Shown here piece by piece: positions 8,650 through 16,976 of a DNA stretch of 53,818 nt. A program made the position numbers and the translations under genes. Numbering within the stretch: the first letter of the stretch is position 1; each line of letters starts with the position of its first letter. Source of the DNA: a virus (lineage: Duplodnaviria; Caudoviricetes); IMG/VR virus record IMGVR_UViG_3300034072_000606, positions 1-53,818 of that record; one strand, written 5' to 3'. The notes below the pieces were generated by a model. It did no database searches. It was not told the DNA's origin and saw only the letters and a list, made by a program, of their open reading frames with translations.

Positions 8650-9479
8650 GTCAAAGCCTCCAATAGCTTGGCAGCGGCCCAGCCGGCAGCTGCGGTTCCG
8701 TTCTTCCCTCCGCCCGTCAGGCTCCAGAGCCCCGGGGCAACTTCTTCCAGCGCCGCCGGATCGCTTGTCTGGGCGAAGGGTCTGACGCCGATCCGAACCT
8801 CACCGCCGCCTTGACCGGCGAAGTCGGATATGCGCTTGGTGGATTGCTCTTCCCGCAACCCGTCCCAATTCTTCTCAAGGATCGCCGTGCCGTCCCCGGC
8901 CCAGTGGAAGCCGTCACAGGAGAACCGAACCAGCTGCTTGTACGGAGCCCAAACAGATATCCGGTTGTCTTCAACTTCCTTGAAGAGGCGCAGGCTCAAG
9001 CCGACCTTGCCGACGACCGGGACGCCGGTGATGAGCTGACGGGTCCAAGCGCCGCAGGCGACGATGACGTGTTTGGCGTTCGCGTGGTCAAGAGGGTTAT
9101 CGGGATTCAGAAACCTCACCCGATTGCCCCCGGGGTATGTCGAAACTTTTATTACCTTTCGCCCTATCCAATCAGGCCATTTCGCGTCCCGATCCATCAC
9201 CACGTCCGGGTTGATCCATTCCGCGTTCACGGAAACCGGGCCAGCTTTGAGCGAGACGGTGCGCAGACCATACAGCCTGTCTAGGAGCCTGAAAGATCGC
9301 TCCACGTTGTCCTTGCCCATCTTCTGGAGCCAGGACGGTTTCATCAGGCACCCGGCGGCGCGAGACCCGGAGCGGGGCCGACCGTCATCAATGATCAACA
9401 CGTCCATTCCTGCGTCCCGGAGCGCCGCCCCGGCTATGGAGCCGAAGAGGCCCCCGCCTACGATGATGACGTCACGCAC
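8646..9479 (-). CDS. FAD-dependent oxidoreductase (DAO/glycine-oxidase fold), candidate flavin-dependent C-N lyase acting on modified DNA
   Basis: VIIVGGGLFG FAD motif, GSRAAG, ACGAW, WAPYKQ, GVRP, TGGGKNG; GTGA-coupled to aGPT-PPlase2. Confidence 0.82.
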   Translation of the reverse strand: MRDVIIVGGGLFGSIAGAALRDAGMDVLIIDDGRPRSGSRAAGCLMKPSWLQKMGKDNVERSFRLLDRLYGLRTVSLKAGPVSVNAEWINPDVVMDRDAKWPDWIGRKVIKVSTYPGGNRVRFLNPDNPLDHANAKHVIVACGAWTRQLITGVPVVGKVGLSLRLFKEVEDNRISVWAPYKQLVRFSCDGFHWAGDGTAILEKNWDGLREEQSTKRISDFAGQGGGEVRIGVRPFAQTSDPAALEEVAPGLWSLTGGGKNGTAAAGWAAAKLLEALT

Positions 9480-9820
9480 TGTTGGTTCTCCTTTTCTGAC
9501 CTCCGGCGATCCATGCGCCGGGATTGGTTGATTTCCTTCGGGACGTATTCAAGGCAATCCGGGTTGACGCACAGGCTGAAGACGCACTTGTGATCCCGGT
9601 CGTGACCTTTAGGGAGCGGCCCCTTTTTCCCGATCACCTCACACGCGAAGCGATGAGCCCGGACGCGACCGATCTTGCGGTTGACATAGAATGTCCCGTA
9701 CCACTTCTTGTTTCCCTGACCCCGGCTACGAGCCCCTGTCCAGAACCAGCACCCGCAAGGGAGCTTGTCCACGTGCTTCATAAACCGATCTATTTCGGCT
9801 TGGGTTGCTTGGATGGTCAT
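9458..9820 (-). CDS. HNH endonuclease
   Basis: GCWFWTG, YG.F, RAHR, DHKC..SLCVNP.CL..V....N. Confidence 0.85.
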   Translation of the reverse strand: MTIQATQAEIDRFMKHVDKLPCGCWFWTGARSRGQGNKKWYGTFYVNRKIGRVRAHRFACEVIGKKGPLPKGHDRDHKCVFSLCVNPDCLEYVPKEINQSRRMDRRRSEKENQQCVTSSS

Positions 9821-9895
9821 GTAGTGCTCCTTTTCTACTGCCTCAGCCCCCGCACTCAAAGAGCCGGGGGCTGCGACAGTTCAATCAGGCGTCAG

Positions 9896-10117
9896 TCAGA
9901 TGGTACTCGGAACCGGCTCATCAGTGCGCGCCAGGAGGCGCTTCAGGAAAGAACGGGTCGGGGCCGGAGACGACCGGGCGACAGTGATCAGAGCGGCGAT
10001 GCCGGCGGCGAGGAAAAGGGTCTCAGCGGTGGGCTTGAAGGCAAGGACACTCAGCACCAGCGAGACGGTACTGATGAGCGTGATCAGAAAGTAACTGCGG
10101 AAATAACGGCGAACCAT
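9896..10117 (-). CDS. Small two-TM membrane protein
   Basis: Two hydrophobic stretches; GGAGG RBS before ATG 10117. Confidence 0.6.
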   Translation of the reverse strand: MVRRYFRSYFLITLISTVSLVLSVLAFKPTAETLFLAAGIAALITVARSSPAPTRSFLKRLLARTDEPVPSTI

Positions 10118-10173
10118 GATGGCCTCCAAGTTGTTTGCGGTTGAAAGACGGGGACAACCCCATCAGCGGTATT

Positions 10174-10202
10174 AAGCTAACCCGGGATCGCGCCCGGGTC
10201 TA
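10174..10202 (-). promoter_or_regulatory. Sigma70-like promoter TAGACC-N17-TAGCTT with palindromic spacer
   Basis: ACCCGGG-N6-CCCGGGT spans the spacer; lies at the head of the modification operon. Confidence 0.45.
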
Positions 10203-10207
10203 GCGCC

Positions 10208-11107
10208 TCAGTCCTGTCCTCCAAGCATCTCCATTGCGAGTGCGATCTGGTCTTTCTCCTCGACCTCGCGCAACAGGGACGCATCCCATATTGCCTCGTC
10301 GCGGATCATCTTCACGTTCCGCTCGATAAGGCGTTCAATGTATTTGGGGTCCAGTGCGTCAAGCTCCCAAGAGTGATCGCCGAACTCACGCCGATAGTCT
10401 TCAAACCGGCTATCAGTCTCCTTAGCCGGGTTTGGGGGCGGTTTGATTTCCTCAATCTGGTCCATGTTCAAGGCGAGACGTTGAACAGTGACAGGGGTGC
10501 CGGCAAATAGGCTCAGGCGCTCCCGGTTATCCCGCGTCATATCAAGCCCAGAGGGGTCGTGATCCCCGAGATGGAAGACGATGGGCCTCTGACCCTTTCG
10601 AACGTAATTGGCGAACCGTTGACCGGCCCTCCACTGCTCGCTCTGGCTGTTGTAGCCCTTGATAGCGAAGAAATTGACCCGTAGCTTGTTACAAATCCCG
10701 GCGATCACGCCCTCAAGCGCCTGCTTCTCGACCCAGACTTCAGGACGCCATTCTTGATCCGCCCACAAGTCCCGACGATAGGAATTATGAACGGCCTCCA
10801 GAGCTTGATTCGGATGCGTGTAGGTTTCGAGCCCCTTGAGGTTGCGGCCACGGTCTTCAATCGCCGTCCAGCTGACGAGACCCGCCATGCGTCCTTTGTT
10901 GATGACCGATCCAAGCATATTGTAAGATTGCTGCTTGTTCGGGATAAGGTCGCGAGCAACAAACTGATAGTACAGCTGACGCAGGGTCAGGGAGTAGCCT
11001 TGGGCCTCGTAGCTGTCGATGATCTGGTTCGCTTGTGCGATTAGATTGAGGGTGTCCTGCCGGAAGTTGGAGGACTCATAAGCCCTGAAGTGACCTTTCC
11101 CGCTCAT
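10208..11107 (-). CDS. Topo VI-A/Spo11/JetD-like wHTH-TOPRIM protein (DUF2399-like)
   Basis: TLRQLYY (putative catalytic Tyr), VWVEKQAL, LGDHDPSG (DxD), RLALN, WELDAL. Confidence 0.78.
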   Translation of the reverse strand: MSGKGHFRAYESSNFRQDTLNLIAQANQIIDSYEAQGYSLTLRQLYYQFVARDLIPNKQQSYNMLGSVINKGRMAGLVSWTAIEDRGRNLKGLETYTHPNQALEAVHNSYRRDLWADQEWRPEVWVEKQALEGVIAGICNKLRVNFFAIKGYNSQSEQWRAGQRFANYVRKGQRPIVFHLGDHDPSGLDMTRDNRERLSLFAGTPVTVQRLALNMDQIEEIKPPPNPAKETDSRFEDYRREFGDHSWELDALDPKYIERLIERNVKMIRDEAIWDASLLREVEEKDQIALAMEMLGGQD

Positions 11108-12105
11108 TTCAACCTCGCAACACCGGAGGACTTGTGAGCGGTTTGGGGATCGATCCCGACTTTCTCAGCTGCGTCGTACCCGGCCCAATAGGTGCTGGAA
11201 TCAACATCCGACTTCGGCGAAGCGCGGCGACCGCCCCGACGACGAGCCCAATAAGCCTCATCCGCCTTGCGTTGCTTCTCCTCTTCCTTGCGCGCCTCCT
11301 CCGGGTTCGCTGCGGCCCATTCCGCATAAGCCTTCTCAGCCGCAGCGGCTTCTTCAGCGGCTTTCCGGCGAGCTTCGGCCTGCTTGGCGCTCCAGCCCTC
11401 GCCATAGATGAAGTCCATGTTGGCTTCCCGCTCGCTCTTGCGAACGTCCGCAATCGTCAGAGTGGTCGCGGTCGATACCCCGGCGCGGGCGGCTGCGTGC
11501 TCAGCCTTGCGCTTGCGTTCGGCTTCCTCTTCCTCCAGCTGGTCGCGGCGGTCTTGAACCTTCTCGATGATACGGGCAGCAGCACCCTTGCGATAAGACA
11601 CGGCCCAACGGGAGAACCGCTGAGTGTTGTCGTTGTCGAGCCGCTCCATGACAAGCCGCTCAATCGTCTGCTCAAGATAGGAAGCCATGGATTGAGTGAG
11701 CTTAACGTTGACGATGCGACCAACAACGCGGTGCTGGTATTGGATCGACCAGACGTCATCCTTGTAGGTTGTACCGTCCCATTGCTTCCGGTTGACCTCG
11801 CGGCGGTGCCATTTCCGGCTCGTCCAGTACACGCAGAAATTCAGCTCAGAGACTGCGCGCCAGAGGTCACGCTGGTAGAGATACACTCCTCCCTTATGCT
11901 TTGCGTCCTCGCGCCGCCCTGACGTGCCGGAGCCCTGCTCAACCATCGCCATATCGATGTTGTAAGCCGCGAGCATCTCCTGGGCCTTGGCAGCAGCTGC
12001 GGCGGCTTCGGCCTCGTTTCCCTTCTGCCGGTTGGCGAGAGCCAGAAGTTTCTCAACCTTCTGGATGATCTTGATTTGTTCTTCGCTGAGGTCTTGCTGG
12101 CTCAT
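11104..12105 (-). CDS. DUF2786 domain protein
   Basis: KVEKLLALA.....EAAAAAAKAQEMLAAYNI N-terminus; AGY..A..V at the C-terminus. Confidence 0.78.
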   Translation of the reverse strand: MSQQDLSEEQIKIIQKVEKLLALANRQKGNEAEAAAAAAKAQEMLAAYNIDMAMVEQGSGTSGRREDAKHKGGVYLYQRDLWRAVSELNFCVYWTSRKWHRREVNRKQWDGTTYKDDVWSIQYQHRVVGRIVNVKLTQSMASYLEQTIERLVMERLDNDNTQRFSRWAVSYRKGAAARIIEKVQDRRDQLEEEEAERKRKAEHAAARAGVSTATTLTIADVRKSEREANMDFIYGEGWSAKQAEARRKAAEEAAAAEKAYAEWAAANPEEARKEEEKQRKADEAYWARRRGGRRASPKSDVDSSTYWAGYDAAEKVGIDPQTAHKSSGVARLK

Positions 12106-12132
12106 CTCGTGCTCCATTTCTGCGCTGGTGGA

Positions 12133-12159
12133 AGGAAAAGGGGGCTCAAGCCCCCTTCT
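12133..12159 (-). terminator. Intrinsic terminator-like hairpin
   Basis: AAGGGGGCT-TG-AGCCCCCTT followed by TTCCTT, overlapping the stop of the DUF3489 gene. Confidence 0.55.
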
Positions 12160-13123
12160 TTACCGTGTGGGGAACCGGGGCGGTCATACCGGACGGCAGA
12201 ACCAGGTGATAACAATCTTCTTCAAAGCGCTTGACGGTGCGGATGCCGTAGCCCTTGACCTTGTTCATATCCCAGTTCATACCGGACTTGACGCTGACTT
12301 CCTTCCAGGGCTTCGCGCCGCCGGAAAGGGCCTCCAACAGCTCCCGCATAGTTGCGCCTTGAACGCGGGAAAGCATATCGACCAGAATGGCCTGCTTGGA
12401 ACCGGCGCGGCAGGGGTACGCCTTCTTCATCGGGGGAAGGTTGATGCCGGTGCCGCGACGGGGGGCGACCGGGGCGGCTTTCTTCGCCGGGGCCGGGATC
12501 GGGGCTGCGTTTTTGGCGTCTGCTTCCTTGATCGATTTGGCGATTGATACCGCGAGCTGCTCAGCGCGAGCTTCGGCAAGGTCCTGGAGATTTGCCCAAA
12601 GGCGCTTAACACCTGCGTCCTTGGTGGCGAAGCGCGAGACTTCGGCGATACCGGTGTTGAGCTCCTTGGCGGTCGTGTTGTAGAGCGCGACGAGCTGAGG
12701 GCCGGTGAGGTCGTTGAGGTCTTCCTGAGAAGCAGCAACATAATGGTCGGTTGAGGAAGCAACACCCGCGTTGTCGGTGAACTGAACGGCGAGATTTGCG
12801 AGGTCGATGATTGCGATATTCTTGGTCATTTTCGGGTTCTCCTTTTCTTCGGTGACGTAGTGAGCGATGAGGTCGAAAGACCGAAGGGCCTTTGCGTACT
12901 GCTCGGGGGTGCGGTTAGCCTTGAGATAAGCGAATTGCGACCGAACCTCTTCAATGTAGCTTTCGGTCATCTGGTCGTCTTGCTCTGCATTTTCAAATCC
13001 AGCAAGGTCCCAGCAGGTCGGGCAGGTCTTGGAATCAGTGCCCTGCTCGCCGGTCCAACGCGTGAGGTGGTCGCAGCAAGAGCAGGTGAAAGTCGAGGAA
13101 CCTTTTACGAAAGTCGAAACCAT
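12146..13123 (-). CDS. Early protein with N-terminal Cys-rich segment and C-terminal DUF3489-like wHTH
   Basis: CSCC...CPTC; GSKQAILVDMLSR..GAT..EL; in-frame internal RBS and ATG at 12829. Confidence 0.7.
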   Translation of the reverse strand: MVSTFVKGSSTFTCSCCDHLTRWTGEQGTDSKTCPTCWDLAGFENAEQDDQMTESYIEEVRSQFAYLKANRTPEQYAKALRSFDLIAHYVTEEKENPKMTKNIAIIDLANLAVQFTDNAGVASSTDHYVAASQEDLNDLTGPQLVALYNTTAKELNTGIAEVSRFATKDAGVKRLWANLQDLAEARAEQLAVSIAKSIKEADAKNAAPIPAPAKKAAPVAPRRGTGINLPPMKKAYPCRAGSKQAILVDMLSRVQGATMRELLEALSGGAKPWKEVSVKSGMNWDMNKVKGYGIRTVKRFEEDCYHLVLPSGMTAPVPHTVKKGA

Positions 13124-13167
13124 TGTCGTTCTCCATTTCTAAGCCGGTGTCCACCGGGGATAAGAAC

Positions 13168-13196
13168 AACTTAAAGCAGTTTGACGATGAAGTAAA
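13168..13196 (-). promoter_or_regulatory. Early-type promoter TTTACT-N17-TAAGTT with TTATCCCCG 4 nt downstream
   Basis: Same architecture as 48850-48878, including the GGCTTAGAAATGGAG leader. Confidence 0.68.
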
Positions 13197-13198
13197 GA

Positions 13199-13228
13199 GG
13201 CCCGGAGCAAAATAATTCGCTCCGGGCC
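13199..13228 (-). terminator. Intrinsic terminator after the RNR gene
   Basis: GGCCCGGAGC...GCTCCGGGCC 10-bp stem followed by TCTTTACTT. Confidence 0.65.
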
Positions 13229-13241
13229 AAAAAATTTTACG

Positions 13242-15002
13242 TCAGGCGCATTCCCGCCGCCCGCTTTCGGGATCGATTGTACAAGAAGTCTGGACCGGAT
13301 CGGCATATGAGTTGGTGCCGCCGTCCTCCTCCTTCGGCTTGTCGCTCTTGCCTGTCAGCAGGGCCATGCGCTTGCCGTCAATATTGAACGTGGTACAGCC
13401 CTTGGCGCCACCTTCCCAAGCGGCCCAATAGAGCCCCTTGAAGTCCTCCCAGCTCATCGACCCGTCCATGTTACAGGTCTTGGAGACTGCGGAATCAACC
13501 CACTTCTGAACGGTCGTCAGGACAGCGATATGCTCCTGGGCCGTTACTTCCGAAGCGCGACGACCCCGGACGCCGAAGTTGGCAACGCCGTAATCTTCAA
13601 TTTCGACAAGCTCCTGACCGGCGGGCGTGTTAACCGGACGGGCAGTGATGTAGTCGAATACCGGTTCACAACCAGAGCTGACGTTGTCGGCGCAAAGGCT
13701 GATGGTGCCGGTCGGCGCTTCGGAAGTCAGATGGGAGTTGCGGATGCCGTGACGCTCGATAAGAGCTTGAACGTCGCCGGGAAGCTGCTTGATGAACGGG
13801 GCGTCCAGATAGCGATGATCGAAGAGCGGGAACGGACCCTTTTCAGCGGCGAGAAGAGCCGAAGCACGATAGCACTCAACCGCGATTGTCTTGAACACTT
13901 CTTCCGTCCAAGCGAGGAACCCCGGGGAGCCGTACACGTGCCCAAGGGCCTCGCCGGCATTCGCCAGACCGGTGACGCCGAGACCCATGCGGCGCTTCTC
14001 CTTGGCCTCTCGTTCCTGCTCCGGGAGCGGATAGCGGGCGCGATCCACAACGTTGTCCATAGCGCGGACAACGTGCGGGATATCGGCTCGCAGCTGCTCC
14101 CAATCGAAGTCCCAGGATGCTTCGTCCAGCGTTCTGACGGTCTTCGGGACGATGTATTTGACCAGATTGAAGGAACCGAGAAGGCAAGCGCCGAACGGGG
14201 GCAGGGGCTGCTCACCGCAAGGATTGGTCGCCGCGAGGGTTTCGCAATACTTGAGGTTGTTCATGTTGTTGATCGTATCGATAAACAACACGCCGGGTTC
14301 AGCCCAGTCCCATGTCGAGCGCATAATGGCTTCCCACAGGTTGCAGGCGTCCACTTCCTTGTAGACTTCACCGCCCCACCGGAGATGGAACGTGCGACCG
14401 TCACGGACGGCTTCCATGAATTCATCGGTGACAGCGATTGAGATGTTGAACCCGGTTAGCTTGTCCGTGTTCTGCTTGGCGTGAAGAAATTCTTCGATGT
14501 CCGGGTGATCGACCCGCAACACGCCCATCTGAGCACCGCGACGATGCCCAGAGGAGGCGACGCAACGGCAGATCGCGTCGAAGACCTCCATGAAGGAGAC
14601 CGGGCCGGAGGAATGTGATTGAAGCTTCCTGATGAGAGCCCCTTTGGGCCGGAGCTTGCTGAAATCGTAACCGATCCCGCCGCCCATTCGCATCGTCGCA
14701 GCTGCCTCGGTCGCACGCTGCATAATATTGCCGTCGCCGTGAACGAAGCTGTCTTCAATCGTCCCGGACACGAAGCAATTGTAAGGGGTTGTGGATCGTA
14801 TCGACCCCATAGCCGATTGAACGCGGCCTGCCGGCATAAAGCGCATGTCCATCGCGATATCGCGGAAAGCGTGGAAATGCTCGTCATTGTCTTTCATCGC
14901 ACTGCTGAATCGGTTGACGCCTTCTCTGAAATCCTCGCCGTCGCCGCGATACTTCATTGAGTGGAAATAGTCACCCACTCTGGTCTTCGGTCCCATTTTC
15001 AT
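13242..15002 (-). CDS. nrdJ: Class II (adenosylcobalamin) ribonucleotide reductase
   Basis: PAGR, YNCFV, GGGIGYDFS.LRP, RRGA, TNPCGEQPL, RRMGLG, APTGT, AVSKT; no small subunit gene. Confidence 0.92.
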   Translation of the reverse strand: MKMGPKTRVGDYFHSMKYRGDGEDFREGVNRFSSAMKDNDEHFHAFRDIAMDMRFMPAGRVQSAMGSIRSTTPYNCFVSGTIEDSFVHGDGNIMQRATEAAATMRMGGGIGYDFSKLRPKGALIRKLQSHSSGPVSFMEVFDAICRCVASSGHRRGAQMGVLRVDHPDIEEFLHAKQNTDKLTGFNISIAVTDEFMEAVRDGRTFHLRWGGEVYKEVDACNLWEAIMRSTWDWAEPGVLFIDTINNMNNLKYCETLAATNPCGEQPLPPFGACLLGSFNLVKYIVPKTVRTLDEASWDFDWEQLRADIPHVVRAMDNVVDRARYPLPEQEREAKEKRRMGLGVTGLANAGEALGHVYGSPGFLAWTEEVFKTIAVECYRASALLAAEKGPFPLFDHRYLDAPFIKQLPGDVQALIERHGIRNSHLTSEAPTGTISLCADNVSSGCEPVFDYITARPVNTPAGQELVEIEDYGVANFGVRGRRASEVTAQEHIAVLTTVQKWVDSAVSKTCNMDGSMSWEDFKGLYWAAWEGGAKGCTTFNIDGKRMALLTGKSDKPKEEDGGTNSYADPVQTSCTIDPESGRRECA

Positions 15003-15216
15003 CTCCTGGGTTTGCCTGGGTCAATCCCCCTACCCTATTCCCACTGGAACTAGGGGTCAACACTCTCCTGATGGTGTTTGCGGACTCATCAAGGAGTTGT
15101 AAGGCCGCTTCCAAAGCGACCCGTTTCACCTGACGCTTTTCGAGCATCAGAGCTAAAAGCCCGGTGGCCCGGGCGGCGGCTTTGTGAGCCGCTTCTAGTT
15201 GTTCACCCGCCGACAA
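14971..15216 (-). CDS. Hypothetical protein
   Basis: Fills the gap between helicase and RNR, overlapping both. Confidence 0.55.
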   Translation of the reverse strand: MSAGEQLEAAHKAAARATGLLALMLEKRQVKRVALEAALQLLDESANTIRRVLTPSSSGNRVGGLTQANPGDENGTEDQSG

Positions 15217-16462
15217 CGGTCACAGCGTCCTGAGCGCGTGTGATAGCCGTGTAGAGCCACTTCTGCGCTGAATCGCCGAAGGTCCCGGCCTCGTTGATAA
15301 TGAGCACCCGACCCCACTGAGAGCCCTGAGACTTGTGAACAGTGAGAGCGTAGCCAAAGGTGAACTCTTGAGCCTCGCGCCGCTCCCAATATCCGATCTC
15401 ATCCGGGTCGCCGTTGAAATGCTGAGGATGGGCTGGGATCAGGAGCGGTTCGGCCTCCGGTGCGTCGTCTGGGCGAATGCGCAGGTTGACGAAGCCGCCT
15501 ATCTCTTCGCTGTCGCTCGCGCTGATATGGAGCGTCCCGTTGAGCAGTCCGTGATCCTTGTCGTTACGAAGGCACACCAGCTTCTCCCCGGTCAACGGGA
15601 AATCGGCGTGCGAGTATTCCTTCAGGTCCCGGACGCGGTGATTAGTGGAAAGCCGGGTCCGGTTCCGTCCAACCAGTATCTGGTCTGCTGCGAGAGCCAG
15701 CTCAGGAGTGGCGCGGTGGATGACGGCTGAGTCTCCGTACTCGCCGACCCGCAAACGCTCGCCGTTGCGCACCCTCGTCGCAAGCTCCACAATTGGATTA
15801 TCCCGGGCCTGACGATGAATCTCCGTCAGCATGACATCCGGTTTAGCGTCAGTGAAGTAGCCTGTGCCTCGCACCGGGGGTAACTGCCCAGGATCGCCGA
15901 GAACCAGCACCGGCTTTCCGAAGGACATAATGTCCATCGCCATTTCCTCGTCAACCATGGAGCATTCGTCCACGACCAGCAACTTGGCGTCACGCAACTT
16001 GCTCTCCGGGTTGAGACTGAAGCCGGGGCGCTGATTGTTACGCTCCTCCACCTTGATAGCCGCCTGAAGCTTCGTAATCCGTTCCATCAGATCGCGGCGG
16101 GGCTTGTAGGACGGATCGCCCTGAGCCTCAAGCCGGTCTTCGTGAATCATCTGCTCGACTTCTTCAAGCTCGTCTTTGAGCTCAAGATAGCGTTCCTTGG
16201 ATCGCTCCTTGGGATTGTAAACAAGGCTGTGAAGGGTTTGAGCGTCCCCCGCACCGGATCGCCGGAGGACTGAAGCGGCCTTCCCGGTGAAAGCTGCGAA
16301 GATGACGTGACCGTCAACCCCTTGGGCAAGGTGCTTGGCCAGCGTTGTCTTGCCGGTGCCAGCATACCCGAAAAGGCGGAACAACTGCTTGTCGCCAGGG
16401 TTCTTCAGCCAGTTGCTCACCCGCACCAGCGCCTTGTCTTGCTGAGGAGACCAGATTGTCAT
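15203..16462 (-). CDS. RecD/Dda-like SF1B helicase
   Basis: GYAGTGKTT, AFTGKAA, VDECSMV, GDPGQLPPV, EIHRQ, YALTVHKSQGS, LYTAITRA. Confidence 0.92.
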   Translation of the reverse strand: MTIWSPQQDKALVRVSNWLKNPGDKQLFRLFGYAGTGKTTLAKHLAQGVDGHVIFAAFTGKAASVLRRSGAGDAQTLHSLVYNPKERSKERYLELKDELEEVEQMIHEDRLEAQGDPSYKPRRDLMERITKLQAAIKVEERNNQRPGFSLNPESKLRDAKLLVVDECSMVDEEMAMDIMSFGKPVLVLGDPGQLPPVRGTGYFTDAKPDVMLTEIHRQARDNPIVELATRVRNGERLRVGEYGDSAVIHRATPELALAADQILVGRNRTRLSTNHRVRDLKEYSHADFPLTGEKLVCLRNDKDHGLLNGTLHISASDSEEIGGFVNLRIRPDDAPEAEPLLIPAHPQHFNGDPDEIGYWERREAQEFTFGYALTVHKSQGSQWGRVLIINEAGTFGDSAQKWLYTAITRAQDAVTVVGG

Positions 16463-16845
16463 CAGAACGGAACCTTCTCATTTCGGGCCGGGGAAGTTTG
16501 GTGAGCCCCTTCCGGGTATCTCTCCACGTAGCACTTGTAGTGGTATTTGTTAATCCCGTCCCATTTACAAGGATCGCCAGTCAGGGTCGGCTTCCCGCAA
16601 CCGACACACCTGCCTGGGCGTCGTATTGTGACCATACCGTAAACGAGATTTAGCATCACCGTTCCGCTCGCGCCCACGTCTATGCCCAAGCGGTAGCTCC
16701 ATCCAGCCCCGAAGCGAGGCGATGAGCCCGTTTTGGGGCTGGCTTGGTTAAGGGGGGCTGAATGCTTGGAGCCTTTCCAGTTGTAACCTTCTTGCCAAGG
16801 CCACCTGGAAGCGGTTAATTCGAGATTTAGGAAGCGCAAATACAT
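16462..16845 (-). CDS. Hypothetical protein with CxxC...HxxC zinc ribbon
   Basis: CVGC...HYKC; AGAAATGGAG RBS before ATG 16845. Confidence 0.6.
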   Translation of the reverse strand: MYLRFLNLELTASRWPWQEGYNWKGSKHSAPLNQASPKTGSSPRFGAGWSYRLGIDVGASGTVMLNLVYGMVTIRRPGRCVGCGKPTLTGDPCKWDGINKYHYKCYVERYPEGAHQTSPARNEKVPF

Positions 16846-16976
16846 TTGGTTCTCCATTTCTGAAAGGGCGCTCCCCGCCTTGTCGGTCTGACGGGACAAA
16901 CCTACTGAGGCGGGGAGCTGGACGGGCGCTCCATCACGGCTTTCCCCGTCCTAATTCTGACCAGAGGACGAGATGA

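Noticed and set aside
16862-16976. c-di-GMP-I riboswitch
   Set aside because: Only a loose resemblance (GGAAA, GNRA-like loop, second long stem). The GCAAA junction and a convincing P1 are missing.
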